64,000 nt of DNA from Gemmatimonadaceae bacterium (GCA_051859245.1 JBHYGA010000001.1:576001-640000); one strand, 5' to 3'; positions 37,733 to 47,996 are shown, counted from the first letter of the stretch. The notes: generated from the sequence alone by a model not told the origin. Made by a program: numbers and translations.

Positions 37733-39466
37733 GTGATTCGACCACTGATCGTTGCGTGCCTGGTTGCGGCAGGTTGCGTTCACGCGCAGCCGGCGCCGTC
37801 TGTAGCATCGCCTTTGGGCGGTAGGCCCACGGGCGGTGCGCCCATGGGCCATGCGCCTACCGGCAGTGCGCCAAGCGGCAGTACGCCAAGCGGCAGTACG
37901 CCAAGCGGCAATGCGCCAAGCGGCAATGCGCCCACCGCGACGGCCGACCCGGCGCTCGTCGTGGTCGTCACGATCGACCAGCTCACGCCGCGGTATCTCG
38001 AGCGGTGGCGCACGCAGTTCACCGGCGGCCTGGCACGCCTGCTCAACGAAGGCGCGGTCTTCACCAACGCGTATCACGATCACGCCATCACGGAAACCGC
38101 GCCCGGGCACGCCGCGGTCCTGTCTGGACGATTCCCCTACAGCACGGGAATCGCCATGAACTACGCGGGCGTGAACACCGACGAGAGCCCGCTCATTGAT
38201 GCGAGTGACGCGGGCGCCAGCCCGTCGCGCTTTCGCGGCACGACGCTCGCCGACTGGATGACGTCGGCCAACGCGGCGTCCCGCGTGCTGTCGGTTTCGC
38301 GCAAGGATCGCGGTGCGATTCTGCCGGTTGGTCGGGCCAAACACTCGGTGTTCTGGTACGCGATGTCGAATGGGTCGTTCACCACAAGTTCGTGGTATGC
38401 CGATACGGTGCCGAGCTGGGTACGCGCGTTTAATGCCGAGCAGGCGGTGATGACGCGGTATGCGGGCCGGAAGTGGGAGCTGTTGCTGCCCGATTCGGCG
38501 TACGCCGAACCGGACACCGTGGTGAGCGAGAGTTTCGGGCAGGATTTCGTGTTCCCGTACGTCATGCCCTCCGACGCGCTGCGCGCGACGAACTTGCTGG
38601 TCGCGTTCCCGTTCATGGACGAGCTCACGCTCGAGTTTGCGTGGCGCGGCGTCAAGTCGATGCAACTCGGACAACGTGCCGCGCCCGATCTGCTGGCCGT
38701 CTCGCTGTCTACCACAGACGCGGTTGGGCATCGCTGGGGGCCTGAATCGCGCGAGATGCACGACCACATTCTGCGTGTGGATCGTGCGCTCGGGGCCTTC
38801 TTTGATTCGTTGCTGACCGTGGTTCCCGCCGAACGCCTGGTGATTGCCCTCACGAGTGATCACGGCGTGGCGCCAAGTCCGGATATGCGCTCGGGCGTGG
38901 TCAACAACGCGCGTGCGCAGCGGGTGATGCTGGATGACTTTCAGCCCGCGATCACCGCGTCTGCCGTACGCGCGTCACAGGCAAAGTTTCCGCTGGAAGC
39001 GCTCGACTTTGACGGTTTCACACTGACGGTAAATCGCAGCATCGTGAAAGGCCGTGAGCGTGATATTCGCAATATTGCCACAGCATTTGCCAAGGAAGCA
39101 CGCACGATGCCTGGCGTACTGCGAGTGGATCTCATTGACGATCTCGCGAAAGCCGATACGGTGAACGATGCGATTGCGCGCCGCTGGCTGCACATGTTCA
39201 AACCGGGAGGCGATGTCGTTGCCACGGTCACCTTGAACGAGTTCAATATCTTCGGACGCAGCAACGTGGCGACACACGGCAGTCCGCATGACTACGACGC
39301 GCATGTCCCGTTGATTTTCTGGGGCGCGCCGTTTGCAGCACGAAGCGACAACAGTTTCGTTCGCGTGGTGGATCTTGGCCCAACACTTGCCAACGTCCTC
39401 GGCGTACCGATCACCGAGCGTGTGGACGGACGCGTGCTCAGCGCTGCGTTGCGTAGTTTGCCCTAG
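37733..39466 (+). CDS. Alkaline phosphatase-superfamily protein (PafA type, Thr nucleophile)
   Basis: VTIDQL, TETAPGHA, SRKDRGAI, STTDAVGHRWGP, TSDHG, HGSPHDYDAHVPLIF. Confidence 0.9.
   Translation: MIRPLIVACLVAAGCVHAQPAPSVASPLGGRPTGGAPMGHAPTGSAPSGSTPSGSTPSGNAPSGNAPTATADPALVVVVTIDQLTPRYLERWRTQFTGGLARLLNEGAVFTNAYHDHAITETAPGHAAVLSGRFPYSTGIAMNYAGVNTDESPLIDASDAGASPSRFRGTTLADWMTSANAASRVLSVSRKDRGAILPVGRAKHSVFWYAMSNGSFTTSSWYADTVPSWVRAFNAEQAVMTRYAGRKWELLLPDSAYAEPDTVVSESFGQDFVFPYVMPSDALRATNLLVAFPFMDELTLEFAWRGVKSMQLGQRAAPDLLAVSLSTTDAVGHRWGPESREMHDHILRVDRALGAFFDSLLTVVPAERLVIALTSDHGVAPSPDMRSGVVNNARAQRVMLDDFQPAITASAVRASQAKFPLEALDFDGFTLTVNRSIVKGRERDIRNIATAFAKEARTMPGVLRVDLIDDLAKADTVNDAIARRWLHMFKPGGDVVATVTLNEFNIFGRSNVATHGSPHDYDAHVPLIFWGAPFAARSDNSFVRVVDLGPTLANVLGVPITERVDGRVLSAALRSLP
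37817..37936 (+). repeat. Eight 15-bp tandem units encoding GxxP(T/S/M)
   Basis: GGRPT GGAPM GHAPT GSAPS GSTPS GSTPS GNAPS GNAPT; core unit cggcaRtRcgccaag. Confidence 0.9.
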
Positions 39467-42400
39467 TCGCCCGCAACCGGCTGCGGCATGGCCCCGCGCA
39501 CATCGGGCGACCCGAGCACGAAGGAACGCAGCTTTGATGTGAGCGCGTGCATGATCACATACAAACACGGTACCACGAACAGCGTGAGCAATGTGGACAC
39601 GGAGAGTCCGCCCACCACTGCGATCGCGAGCGGACGCATGAGCTCCGAGCCGTTACCAATGCCAAGCGCGAGCGGTGCCGTGCCAACCAGAGAGGTGATC
39701 GTGGTCATCAGGATAGGGCGCATTCGCGCCGCTCCGGCTTCCACGACGGCTTCACCAACCGATGCTCCGGTTTCCTTGATGTGCGCGTTGACAAACTCGA
39801 CCAGCAGAATCGAGTTGTTCACCACAATACCGGCCAGCAGAATCATGCCCAGCAGCGCGGGGGCGCTGAAGGGTGTGCCGGTAATCTTCAGAATGCCCAC
39901 CACGCCCACGAGCGACATTGGCACGGCCGCCAAAATCACAAACGGATCGGACAGACTCTCGTACTGCACGGACAGCACAACAAAGACGAGAAAGATCGCG
40001 AGTCCAACCACCAGCAGCATCTGCGCATTGCTCTCTTCAATCGCTTCGGCTTCGCCGCCGATCAGCACACCGTATCCATCCGGGATATCGAGCTGCGCCA
40101 GGCGCGTGCGAATGGAATCGGTCACGGCGCCAACACTTGCGACGTTCGTGAGCACATCGCCGGTGAGCTGAATCTGCCGATTCTGATTCACGCGTCGGAT
40201 GCTCGACGGTCCGAGCGCGGGTCCAACAAATGCGACGTCGCGCAACTGTACCGGATCGCGACCGGCGCCCGCCGGAAACAGCGGCAAATCCGCCAGGTTG
40301 TTCACGCTCTGGAAGCGTCCGCGTGGAAAGAAGACGCGCACGTCATACTCAAAATTGCCCTCGGCGTATCGCGTTGCGACCGTGCCGTCGAGCGCCGTAC
40401 GAATCGTCTGACCAACCGTTGCGACGTCAAGCCCGAGTGTCCGCGCACGCTCGCGATCGAGTTCGATGGAAAGCAGCGGGTTCTGTTCGTCCGCTTGCAG
40501 GTCAAAGTTCTGCAGCCCCGGCGTGCCTTGCAACGTCCGCGCGACCGTGCGTCCGATCTGCTCGAGTGTTTGCAGTTCATCACCAACAATGGCAACCGAG
40601 ACCGCTTCGCCGCTGCTTGAGGTGCGCAGCCCGCGAATACGTGGCGGTCGTACGCCCACACGCGCACCGGCAAAGCCGCGTTCATCGATGCGCGTTTGCA
40701 ACTGCGTGACCCACTGTTCCGCGGTAATGGAGCGATCGCGCGCGCCATCGAGGCGAATGTCGAGACTCCCGCGTCCCGCGTTTGCGCTGTTTGACCCGCC
40801 GAACAGAAATCCGCCGGCCGTGGCAAACACACTCTGCACGTTCGGCATCGCCTGCACCATGGACTCAAGCTCGCGCGTGAGCCGGTCAGTTTGCGCCGGC
40901 GTGGCGCCCGCTGGCAGTCGTACGAATGCGCTCACCGTACCATCGTCCACCTGCGGAAGAAACTCCGACGGGATGCCGCGGCCCACGTAAATCGCGATTG
41001 CTGAAATACCGACTGCCGCACCAACCACCGTCCATTTCCAGCGTACCGCACCCGCCGCCGCCGAGCGATAGCCTTCAATCATGCGCTTGAGAAAACGATC
41101 GAATGCCACGAGCGGTCCGAAGCGTTCAAGTCCACTTGAGAACCGAACTTTGCCAAGCTGCGCGGCCAGCATGGGCACGAGTGTGAGCGCCAGCGGAAGC
41201 GACGCGAGAATGGCGAACGAAATGGTGAGAATGAGCTCACGGAAGATGAGCGCCGCCAGTCCGGTAATGAGCAGGAACGGTGCCACCGACGCGAGATTGG
41301 TGGTCGTGGACGCCACCACCGCGTTCGACACTTCGGCCGCGCCAACGTGCGCGCTTTCTTCGGAGTCGAGTCCATCCGAGACACGACGTCGATAGATGTT
41401 CTCCAACATCACGATCGAGTTGTCGAGCAACAAGCCGGTGCCGAGCGCAAGACCGCCGAGCGACATGATGTTGAGCGTCAGGTCACCAATGCCCATCATG
41501 ACGAACGTGGCCAGAACGGCCAGCGGAATGGAGACACCAATGATGAACGTCTTCCGGAACGAGCGCAGGAAAATCAGCACCACGAACATCGCGAGAATCG
41601 CACCCGTCACCGCCGCGCCCTGGACCGACGAGAGCGCATCGCGAATGAATCCCGACTGGTCGAACGTGACGTTGTAGTCGATATCGCGCGGGATGTAGGC
41701 ACTCTCACGCAGTCGACCGAGCAACTCCTGCACGCCGTCCACCACTTCTACCGTGTTGGCTTCCGGCTGCTTCTGAATACCAATGCGCACGGCCGGTGAG
41801 CCATTGAGTCGCGCCCAGAAACGCTGTTCCTGGCTCGTGTCGCGCACGATCGCCACATCGCGCAGTGGAATACGTGTACCACCGGCGCCCGTGAGCAGCA
41901 CGCCGCGAATCTCTTCTACACTTTCGAACTTGCCCGTGGTGCGACTGACCAGCTCCAGGTCAGGTCCCGACACACGTCCGCCAGCGATGTTCTGATTGTC
42001 ATTGCGCAGCGCCGACAGCACGCCGTTTACTGACAATCCGAATCCACGCAGGCGCTCCGGATCAAGCTCGATCTGCACTTCACGCACCAATCCACCCGAC
42101 ACATCAACTGACGCGACACCATCGACCGACAGCAGCTGCGGACGCAGTCGCTGCTCGACCCACTGGCGCAGCCCCACGAGATCGCGCTCCGTGCTGGAGA
42201 ACGCGACCTGATAGATCTGCATCTGCGACGGGTCCGACTTGTTGATTACCGGCGGATCGGCTTCGACGGGCAGTCGTGCGCGCACGCGCTCGACATTCTT
42301 GGCCGCGTCCTGCAGCGCAAAGTCAACGTTGGTGCCGTAGCGGAAATCGAGCGACACGTTCACGCGTCCCTCGGAAATATCCGTTTCCATGCGCTGCAGA

Positions 42401-42645
42401 TTTTCCGTCGTCGCGAGCGACGACTCCAGCACCTTGGCAATCGTTTCTTCGAGGACCACCGGTTCCACGCCCGCATTCGATACGCTCACGCGTACCTGCG
42501 GATACACGATTTTGGGCAGCAGATCGACCGGCAATCGACCCACGTACACGAGACCAAGCACCAGCAACGTGCTGGTCAGCATCACCGTGCCGATGGGCCG
42601 CAGAATGGACCAGCTGGCGATGCCGCGATGCTTCGGATCACTCAT
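39463..42645 (-). CDS. RND efflux permease (AcrB/AcrD/AcrF family)
   Basis: 1060 aa; LNIMSLGGLALGTGLLLDNSIVMLENI; GIVVNNSI; RMRPILMT. Confidence 0.96.
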   Translation of the reverse strand: MSDPKHRGIASWSILRPIGTVMLTSTLLVLGLVYVGRLPVDLLPKIVYPQVRVSVSNAGVEPVVLEETIAKVLESSLATTENLQRMETDISEGRVNVSLDFRYGTNVDFALQDAAKNVERVRARLPVEADPPVINKSDPSQMQIYQVAFSSTERDLVGLRQWVEQRLRPQLLSVDGVASVDVSGGLVREVQIELDPERLRGFGLSVNGVLSALRNDNQNIAGGRVSGPDLELVSRTTGKFESVEEIRGVLLTGAGGTRIPLRDVAIVRDTSQEQRFWARLNGSPAVRIGIQKQPEANTVEVVDGVQELLGRLRESAYIPRDIDYNVTFDQSGFIRDALSSVQGAAVTGAILAMFVVLIFLRSFRKTFIIGVSIPLAVLATFVMMGIGDLTLNIMSLGGLALGTGLLLDNSIVMLENIYRRRVSDGLDSEESAHVGAAEVSNAVVASTTTNLASVAPFLLITGLAALIFRELILTISFAILASLPLALTLVPMLAAQLGKVRFSSGLERFGPLVAFDRFLKRMIEGYRSAAAGAVRWKWTVVGAAVGISAIAIYVGRGIPSEFLPQVDDGTVSAFVRLPAGATPAQTDRLTRELESMVQAMPNVQSVFATAGGFLFGGSNSANAGRGSLDIRLDGARDRSITAEQWVTQLQTRIDERGFAGARVGVRPPRIRGLRTSSSGEAVSVAIVGDELQTLEQIGRTVARTLQGTPGLQNFDLQADEQNPLLSIELDRERARTLGLDVATVGQTIRTALDGTVATRYAEGNFEYDVRVFFPRGRFQSVNNLADLPLFPAGAGRDPVQLRDVAFVGPALGPSSIRRVNQNRQIQLTGDVLTNVASVGAVTDSIRTRLAQLDIPDGYGVLIGGEAEAIEESNAQMLLVVGLAIFLVFVVLSVQYESLSDPFVILAAVPMSLVGVVGILKITGTPFSAPALLGMILLAGIVVNNSILLVEFVNAHIKETGASVGEAVVEAGAARMRPILMTTITSLVGTAPLALGIGNGSELMRPLAIAVVGGLSVSTLLTLFVVPCLYVIMHALTSKLRSFVLGSPDVRGAMPQPVAGD

Positions 42646-43841
42646 GGGGTCTTCCTCGCTGCAGAACTGTCAACAAGGGCGGTGGGCGCGGTGATTGGTG
42701 TGCCTTCCGCGCGCGACGGTGCATCTGGTGAGAGCGGATCCACAATGCGCACTTTGCCGCCGTCGCGGACGAGCGAGTTGCCGGCCACAATCACGGAGTC
42801 ACCCAACGCCAGCCCGGAGAACACTTCAAGCTGGCCATCAACATCGCTGCCTACGCGCACCGGACGGCGTTCGGCCAGTCCATTGCGAATGACAAACACG
42901 CTGCGCGCACCAGTCGCACCAAGCACCGCGCGTGTGGGCACCACCAGCGCGTCTTCTCGCGCGTCGAGTCTCAGCAGCGCACGCACCGTGTAGCCTGGAC
43001 GTAACTGTGCCGTTGATGCGCCGGTCACGGCCACTTCAACCGGCACTAGTCGCGACACGGAATCGGCCGCCGGAAAGATGCGACGAATGCGTCCGGGGAA
43101 CTGCGCGCCACCCAACGCATCCACACGCAGATTTACTTCGGCGCCAGTGCGAAGCTGCGAGACTTCCAGTTCAGACACCGGAAGCCGCACTACGAGTGTG
43201 CTCAGGTCACTGACCGTAAACAGTCGTGTGTTCGGCGAGACGATATCACCACCCTGCACAAAACGTGCTGTGACCACGCCGCTGATGGGAGTCTTGATCT
43301 GCGCAAAGCCCAATCGTGTTTGTAACTGCGTGAGCGTGGCCTGCGCTGACGCCAGTGCGCTCTGATCCCGTTCGTTCTCCGCGGCGGTGACAATTTGCTG
43401 GCGAAACAGATCCGCCGATCGCGTGGCGGTGGATTTCGCGAATGTGAGTGCCGCTTCGGCCGCGCGAACCTGCGCTGTCAACTCTCGCGAGTCGATTTCA
43501 GCCAGGACCTGTCCCGCGCGGACGCGTGAACCTTCTTCAACATTCACATCAAGCAGCGCGCCGCCGAGCTGCGCATTCACGCTCACCGTGCGAATCGGCT
43601 CCAGCAGTCCTGTCACCAGGCTGGTATTGGCCATGGTGACACGTTCCACGAGCGCGATTTCCACCGGGGTGATCTGCGGCGCGCCGCCTCCGCCAGCGCC
43701 GCCACCCGGACGCCCACCACCGCCACCGCCACCTGCGGGGGCCGCCTCTGACGATTCCTGCCCGCACGCGGCGAGCGAAAACAGCAGTGCGGGGACGAAC
43801 AGTCCCTTCACGGTGACCTGCAAAGCGGGCACGAAGCGCAT
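42642..43841 (-). CDS. RND periplasmic adaptor (membrane fusion protein), lipoprotein; start may be 43877
   Basis: LAAC lipobox; VEEGSRV.AGQVL lipoyl half; IKTPISGVV; LRPG. Confidence 0.92.
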   Translation of the reverse strand: MRFVPALQVTVKGLFVPALLFSLAACGQESSEAAPAGGGGGGGRPGGGAGGGGAPQITPVEIALVERVTMANTSLVTGLLEPIRTVSVNAQLGGALLDVNVEEGSRVRAGQVLAEIDSRELTAQVRAAEAALTFAKSTATRSADLFRQQIVTAAENERDQSALASAQATLTQLQTRLGFAQIKTPISGVVTARFVQGGDIVSPNTRLFTVSDLSTLVVRLPVSELEVSQLRTGAEVNLRVDALGGAQFPGRIRRIFPAADSVSRLVPVEVAVTGASTAQLRPGYTVRALLRLDAREDALVVPTRAVLGATGARSVFVIRNGLAERRPVRVGSDVDGQLEVFSGLALGDSVIVAGNSLVRDGGKVRIVDPLSPDAPSRAEGTPITAPTALVDSSAARKTP

Positions 43842-43944
43842 TGGAGCGGCGTCTGGGCGAAATTGAGGAGCGGGCATGGTACCGAGTCTCGGCACCACGC
43901 CCGCGACCACCCCTTATACGCCGCAGAGCAGGTCTGCGTTCAGA

Positions 43945-44586
43945 TCAATCTGGCGTCAGCGCGTAGATGGCTCGCAGCTCTTCCAGCAACGCTCCCGTAT
44001 CGATGTGGAGATCCTTGAGCAGACCGTCATGAAGGTCGTACACCCAGCCGTGCACCTGTGGCGTGCCGCCCTTGAGGTAGCGCTTTTGCACCACGGCCAT
44101 TTTGAGCACGTTGCGGCACTGTTCAATCACGTTGAACTCCACCAGGCGATTCGTCCGCTCGGTCTGGTCCTCAATCACGTTCAGCTCGGCGGCGTGCATC
44201 CGATAGACATCGCGGATGTTGCGGAGCCACGGGTTGAGCAGCCCCAGATCGGCCGCCTGCATGGCCGCCTTCACGCCACCGCAGCCGTAATGGCCACACA
44301 CGACGACGTGGTCGACGCCGAGTGTTCCCACCGCGTATTGAATGACCGACTGCGAGTTGAGGTCCGTGTTGGGCACCAGGTTTGCGATGTTGCGATGCAC
44401 GAACAGGTCGCCCACGTCGAGGCCGGTGATCTCATTCGCGGGCACGCGGCTGTCGGCGCAGCCAATCCAGAGCCATCCGGGCTTCTGGTCCTGAGCAAGG
44501 TGGTCAAAAAATGTGGGGTCGGCGGCGGTGCGCTGCGCCACCCATTCGCGGTTGTTCGCGAAGATCTGTTCGTACGAGGCGGGCAA
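43945..44586 (-). CDS. can: Beta-class carbonic anhydrase
   Basis: WIGCADSRVP, FVHRNIAN, CGHYGCGG; TTG start with RBS aggag. Confidence 0.95.
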   Translation of the reverse strand: MPASYEQIFANNREWVAQRTAADPTFFDHLAQDQKPGWLWIGCADSRVPANEITGLDVGDLFVHRNIANLVPNTDLNSQSVIQYAVGTLGVDHVVVCGHYGCGGVKAAMQAADLGLLNPWLRNIRDVYRMHAAELNVIEDQTERTNRLVEFNVIEQCRNVLKMAVVQKRYLKGGTPQVHGWVYDLHDGLLKDLHIDTGALLEELRAIYALTPD

Positions 44587-44627
44587 GGAAGGCTCCTGAG
44601 CAAGGGGCGAGTCGATAGATTACTTGG

Positions 44628-45113
44628 ATGGTAGTCATCGACGCAGCACCCAGCGACGGAAAGCTTGGCCGAACGGCCGACGCGGTGTCTCGGGTCTCGA
44701 CCCCCCGGCTTCTTGGCCGCGCGCTCCTGCTGCGCTGCCCCAACTGCGGTGGGGGCAAGCTGTTCTCCTCGTTTTTCACGCTCAAGCCCGAATGCCCCAC
44801 CTGTGGCCTGCGCATTGAACGCGGCGAAAGCGACTACTTTGTGGGCGCGTATCTGTTCAATCTCATCGCCGTTGAACTGATTCTGTTCTTCTGCGTGTGC
44901 GGGTTCGTGTTTGTGACCTGGCCCGATGTGCCGTGGGATTTGCTCACGTACGTCACGGGAGCGCTGATGCTGGCCGGTTGCCTGCTGTGCTATCCGTTCG
45001 CCAAGACCACCTGGTTGGCGGTTGACCTCGCCATTCGTCCGCTGAGTGACGAGGAGCTCCGCTGGCATCGCGCCGGTGGAGATATTGGCGACCAGGAGTT
45101 GCCGCACGTCTGA
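44628..45113 (+). CDS. DUF983-family zinc-ribbon membrane protein
   Basis: RCPNCGGGKLF..CPTCGL followed by two TM helices. Confidence 0.85.
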   Translation: MVVIDAAPSDGKLGRTADAVSRVSTPRLLGRALLLRCPNCGGGKLFSSFFTLKPECPTCGLRIERGESDYFVGAYLFNLIAVELILFFCVCGFVFVTWPDVPWDLLTYVTGALMLAGCLLCYPFAKTTWLAVDLAIRPLSDEELRWHRAGGDIGDQELPHV

Positions 45114-46812
45114 GACGCTCCGCGTGTCGTCGCTCGACGCCGTCGCGTTGCCGAGCCGCGTACCGTTATGGCGAGCTGCGGCGGCCGTCTGCCAGTTTGA
45201 GTTGCGTGTGCAGAGTCGTGAGCCAGCCACGTATCTCTATGCCCTCGTCTTCCTGCTGCTCACGTTTGCGTTTGTGAGCAGCGGGACGGTTGAGCTGGTA
45301 CAGAACCGCGGCGCACTTCCCAAACTCTCGCCGCTCGCGATTGCACTTGCGCTCGGTGGACTCACCGCCTTTGGTCAGGTGATCACCACGATGATCACCG
45401 CGAGCGCGATCTTGCGCGATCGGGCCTGGCGCACGGATCAGCTGGTGTTCACCACGCCCGTGTCGCATCGCGCGTGGATTGTGGGTCGATGGAGCGCCGC
45501 GTTGCTGGTGATGGCCGCAGTGTACGGTGCGCTCACGATTGGTGTTGTGCTCGGCGCGCTGGCCCCGTGGGTTGTGCGTGACGTGTCGATGGTTGATGTG
45601 GCCGTGCGTGCGTTCCTGCCATGGATTACGCTCACGGTGCCAACGAGCGCGGCCGTGGCCACGGTACTCATCGCGGCCGCCTTACGTACGCAACGATTGC
45701 TTGGCGTCGTCGCGAGTGCGCTCACCCTCGTGTTTCTGTGGCAAGCATGTGAAGCCATTGCGCAGGCGTATGCGTTTGGCGCCGGGCTCTCGCCGCTGCC
45801 GAACGCCGTGTTGATTGCGGCGCTCGCCGATCCATTTGGCACCGTCGCAACACAAGTAGTGACGGTTGACTGGACCGACGCTCAGCGCGCGCGGGAGTTT
45901 GTACCGTTGTCCGGATTGGTGGGCGCGAGTCGAATCGTGTGGGTGGTAATTGCCGCCGCGATCGGCGCGTACATACTGCGGCAATCACGCGAAGTTATTC
46001 TCTGGGGTGATTCAGCAGCGCCGGCGCATGTTGTTGCACCAGACTCGGAGATCAACGAGGGACTCGTCAGCCGTCTTCGTTCACGCACCCTGTTGTTGGC
46101 GCAGTTTACCGTACGCTGGATGTGGCGTGACAAAGGCTGGCGCGTGATCGCTGCGCTCGGCGCCATCAACGTACTTGCGCATGCGCTGAGTGCCTCGGCC
46201 GCTGATACGATGCTTGCTTCGGCCGATCAAGCGCGACAGGTGGTGCTGCTGGTGCAGGAGCATGCGCGCCTGTTCTTCATTTTGCTTGCCACCATCTACG
46301 CAGGTGAGCTGCTCTGGCGCGATGTAGATCAGCGCTCGCATGAGCTGGTACTCAGCGCGCCCGTAAGCAGTCGGTCGCTGGTGCTCGGACGCACACTCGG
46401 CATTGCGATTGCTGAGAGTGCACTGGTGAGCGTGTTGCTCTTGAGCGCGTGGACTGCGTTGGCGGCACGGGGTGCAGTCGGCTCACCGATCACGGTGCTG
46501 GCGCTTGGCGCACTCTGGCTGTTGGTGCCATTTGTGCAGTGGACTGTGTTGTCGCTTTTCGTGCACGTGATAGTGCGCAACAAGATTGCGGCGCATCTGG
46601 TACTCATCACGGGCTGGGTACTTGCGGTGGCACTCGATGCAAACGGCGTGACATCACCGTGGGTGCGTTTTGCTGATCCGCCAACCCTGGCGCCGATCGG
46701 TGCAATCCCGTGGGGCGACGCCGTGCTGCGTGCCGCCTGGTGGAGCACCGTGAGCGCGATTTTCGTCGCGCTCACGGTTCGCAAATGGCGCGGCGTTACT
46801 TCTCCACGATGA
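45046..46812 (+). CDS. Double ABC-2-type permease membrane protein (start uncertain)
   Basis: FELR; ILRD..LVFTTPVS..GR; DPFG; second repeat YAGELLWRD..LSAPVS. Confidence 0.7.
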   Translation: MTRSSAGIAPVEILATRSCRTSETLRVSSLDAVALPSRVPLWRAAAAVCQFELRVQSREPATYLYALVFLLLTFAFVSSGTVELVQNRGALPKLSPLAIALALGGLTAFGQVITTMITASAILRDRAWRTDQLVFTTPVSHRAWIVGRWSAALLVMAAVYGALTIGVVLGALAPWVVRDVSMVDVAVRAFLPWITLTVPTSAAVATVLIAAALRTQRLLGVVASALTLVFLWQACEAIAQAYAFGAGLSPLPNAVLIAALADPFGTVATQVVTVDWTDAQRAREFVPLSGLVGASRIVWVVIAAAIGAYILRQSREVILWGDSAAPAHVVAPDSEINEGLVSRLRSRTLLLAQFTVRWMWRDKGWRVIAALGAINVLAHALSASAADTMLASADQARQVVLLVQEHARLFFILLATIYAGELLWRDVDQRSHELVLSAPVSSRSLVLGRTLGIAIAESALVSVLLLSAWTALAARGAVGSPITVLALGALWLLVPFVQWTVLSLFVHVIVRNKIAAHLVLITGWVLAVALDANGVTSPWVRFADPPTLAPIGAIPWGDAVLRAAWWSTVSAIFVALTVRKWRGVTSPR

Positions 46813-47767
46813 TCAGGTAGGGCGAAGCAGCCCAGAACGCCGTGGGATCCGTGATACGAATGCTCGTACCGCGGAACGCACCATCTTTGTCCTTCCGCTC
46901 GGCTTCGATGTACGCCGCGTTGTGGCGCGACACGATCCGATAGTCCTTGTCTGCACGCGGAAGCGGAATCGTGAGCGTTTCGCGCTTGTCCGCCATGGTG
47001 AAGTTGGCTTCATCAAGCGTGCGCGCCGGAACGAGCGATTCGCCAAGTCGCGTCACGAGCAACGCACGCGAGCCGCCCTCTTCTGCGATCACCTTGCGAT
47101 CCAGCAACTGACGCTTGGTGCCCACGGTGTAGAACACCCGATTCAGACTCGTCTCCACACGACGCACCGTATCCGTAAGCGCGGCCTTCTCGTAGGTGAG
47201 CTGCACGTTCGTCTCGCGCAGCGCCTTTACTTCCGTCTCAAAGGCCACGATTTCGCGATCGCGCATGGCCAGACGCGCCTGCAGATCCTGCAGCAGCTCG
47301 GCGGCCGCCGACGACTCACCACGCAGCGTCACGAGCGAATCACGCGTGCGCTGCAAATCAGACTGCCGCGCTGCGAGACGCTGCCGCAGCTGCTTGAGAC
47401 GATCCAGAATGTCTTCACGCGCGGCACTTGCCTGTGCCTTGCCACTTTCGTCGCCCGCCTGTGGCTTCACCTTTGATGTGAGTCCGCGCACCTGTCGCAG
47501 CTCGGCGTCAATCTGGTCGGCAAACTTGCTCGCTTCGGCGAGCTCGGTAATCGCCCGGTCACTTTCTGCACCGGAGTTCGACACGATGGCCGCGAGAGAA
47601 TCGCGGGCCGCCGTAGCAGCGGCCAGCTCGGTCGCGAGGCGTTCGGCCTCGGCAATGGCCTTCTGATCCTGACAGGCACCGAGCGAGAGCAGGGCAAAAA
47701 GCGCCAGCGACATGGAACGCGTGGCGCGCACCGGAGCGACGCGCGAGGAACTGACGGAGGAGAACAT
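46796..47767 (-). CDS. Coiled-coil lipoprotein of unknown function (start 47767 or 47712)
   Basis: LSLGAC lipobox; long heptad region; C-terminal YTVGTKRQL..ITDPTAFW domain. Confidence 0.78.
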   Translation of the reverse strand: MFSSVSSSRVAPVRATRSMSLALFALLSLGACQDQKAIAEAERLATELAAATAARDSLAAIVSNSGAESDRAITELAEASKFADQIDAELRQVRGLTSKVKPQAGDESGKAQASAAREDILDRLKQLRQRLAARQSDLQRTRDSLVTLRGESSAAAELLQDLQARLAMRDREIVAFETEVKALRETNVQLTYEKAALTDTVRRVETSLNRVFYTVGTKRQLLDRKVIAEEGGSRALLVTRLGESLVPARTLDEANFTMADKRETLTIPLPRADKDYRIVSRHNAAYIEAERKDKDGAFRGTSIRITDPTAFWAASPYLIIVEK

Positions 47768-47996
47768 AGGTAGAGTGAAGACGAGGGGGATGGGCCAACG
47801 GGTGTGCAAGCACTATACTGCACAGCTCGCTTTCGTAACCCGGCGAACGTACCTCTATCAGTTACGTGACGGAAGTGTTACGCGTCACAGAAATACGGCC
47901 AGATACGCGTTCTCAGCCGAGAACTTCCTCGACTCCCCGCGTCGATCGACCGCCACCTGTCAGCACCGGGTGCGAGTCCCGGGGGAGGATGTGTCC

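Noticed and set aside
37817..37936. CRISPR-like periodicity
   Set aside because: In-frame 15-bp coding tandem repeat with no spacers and no cas genes.
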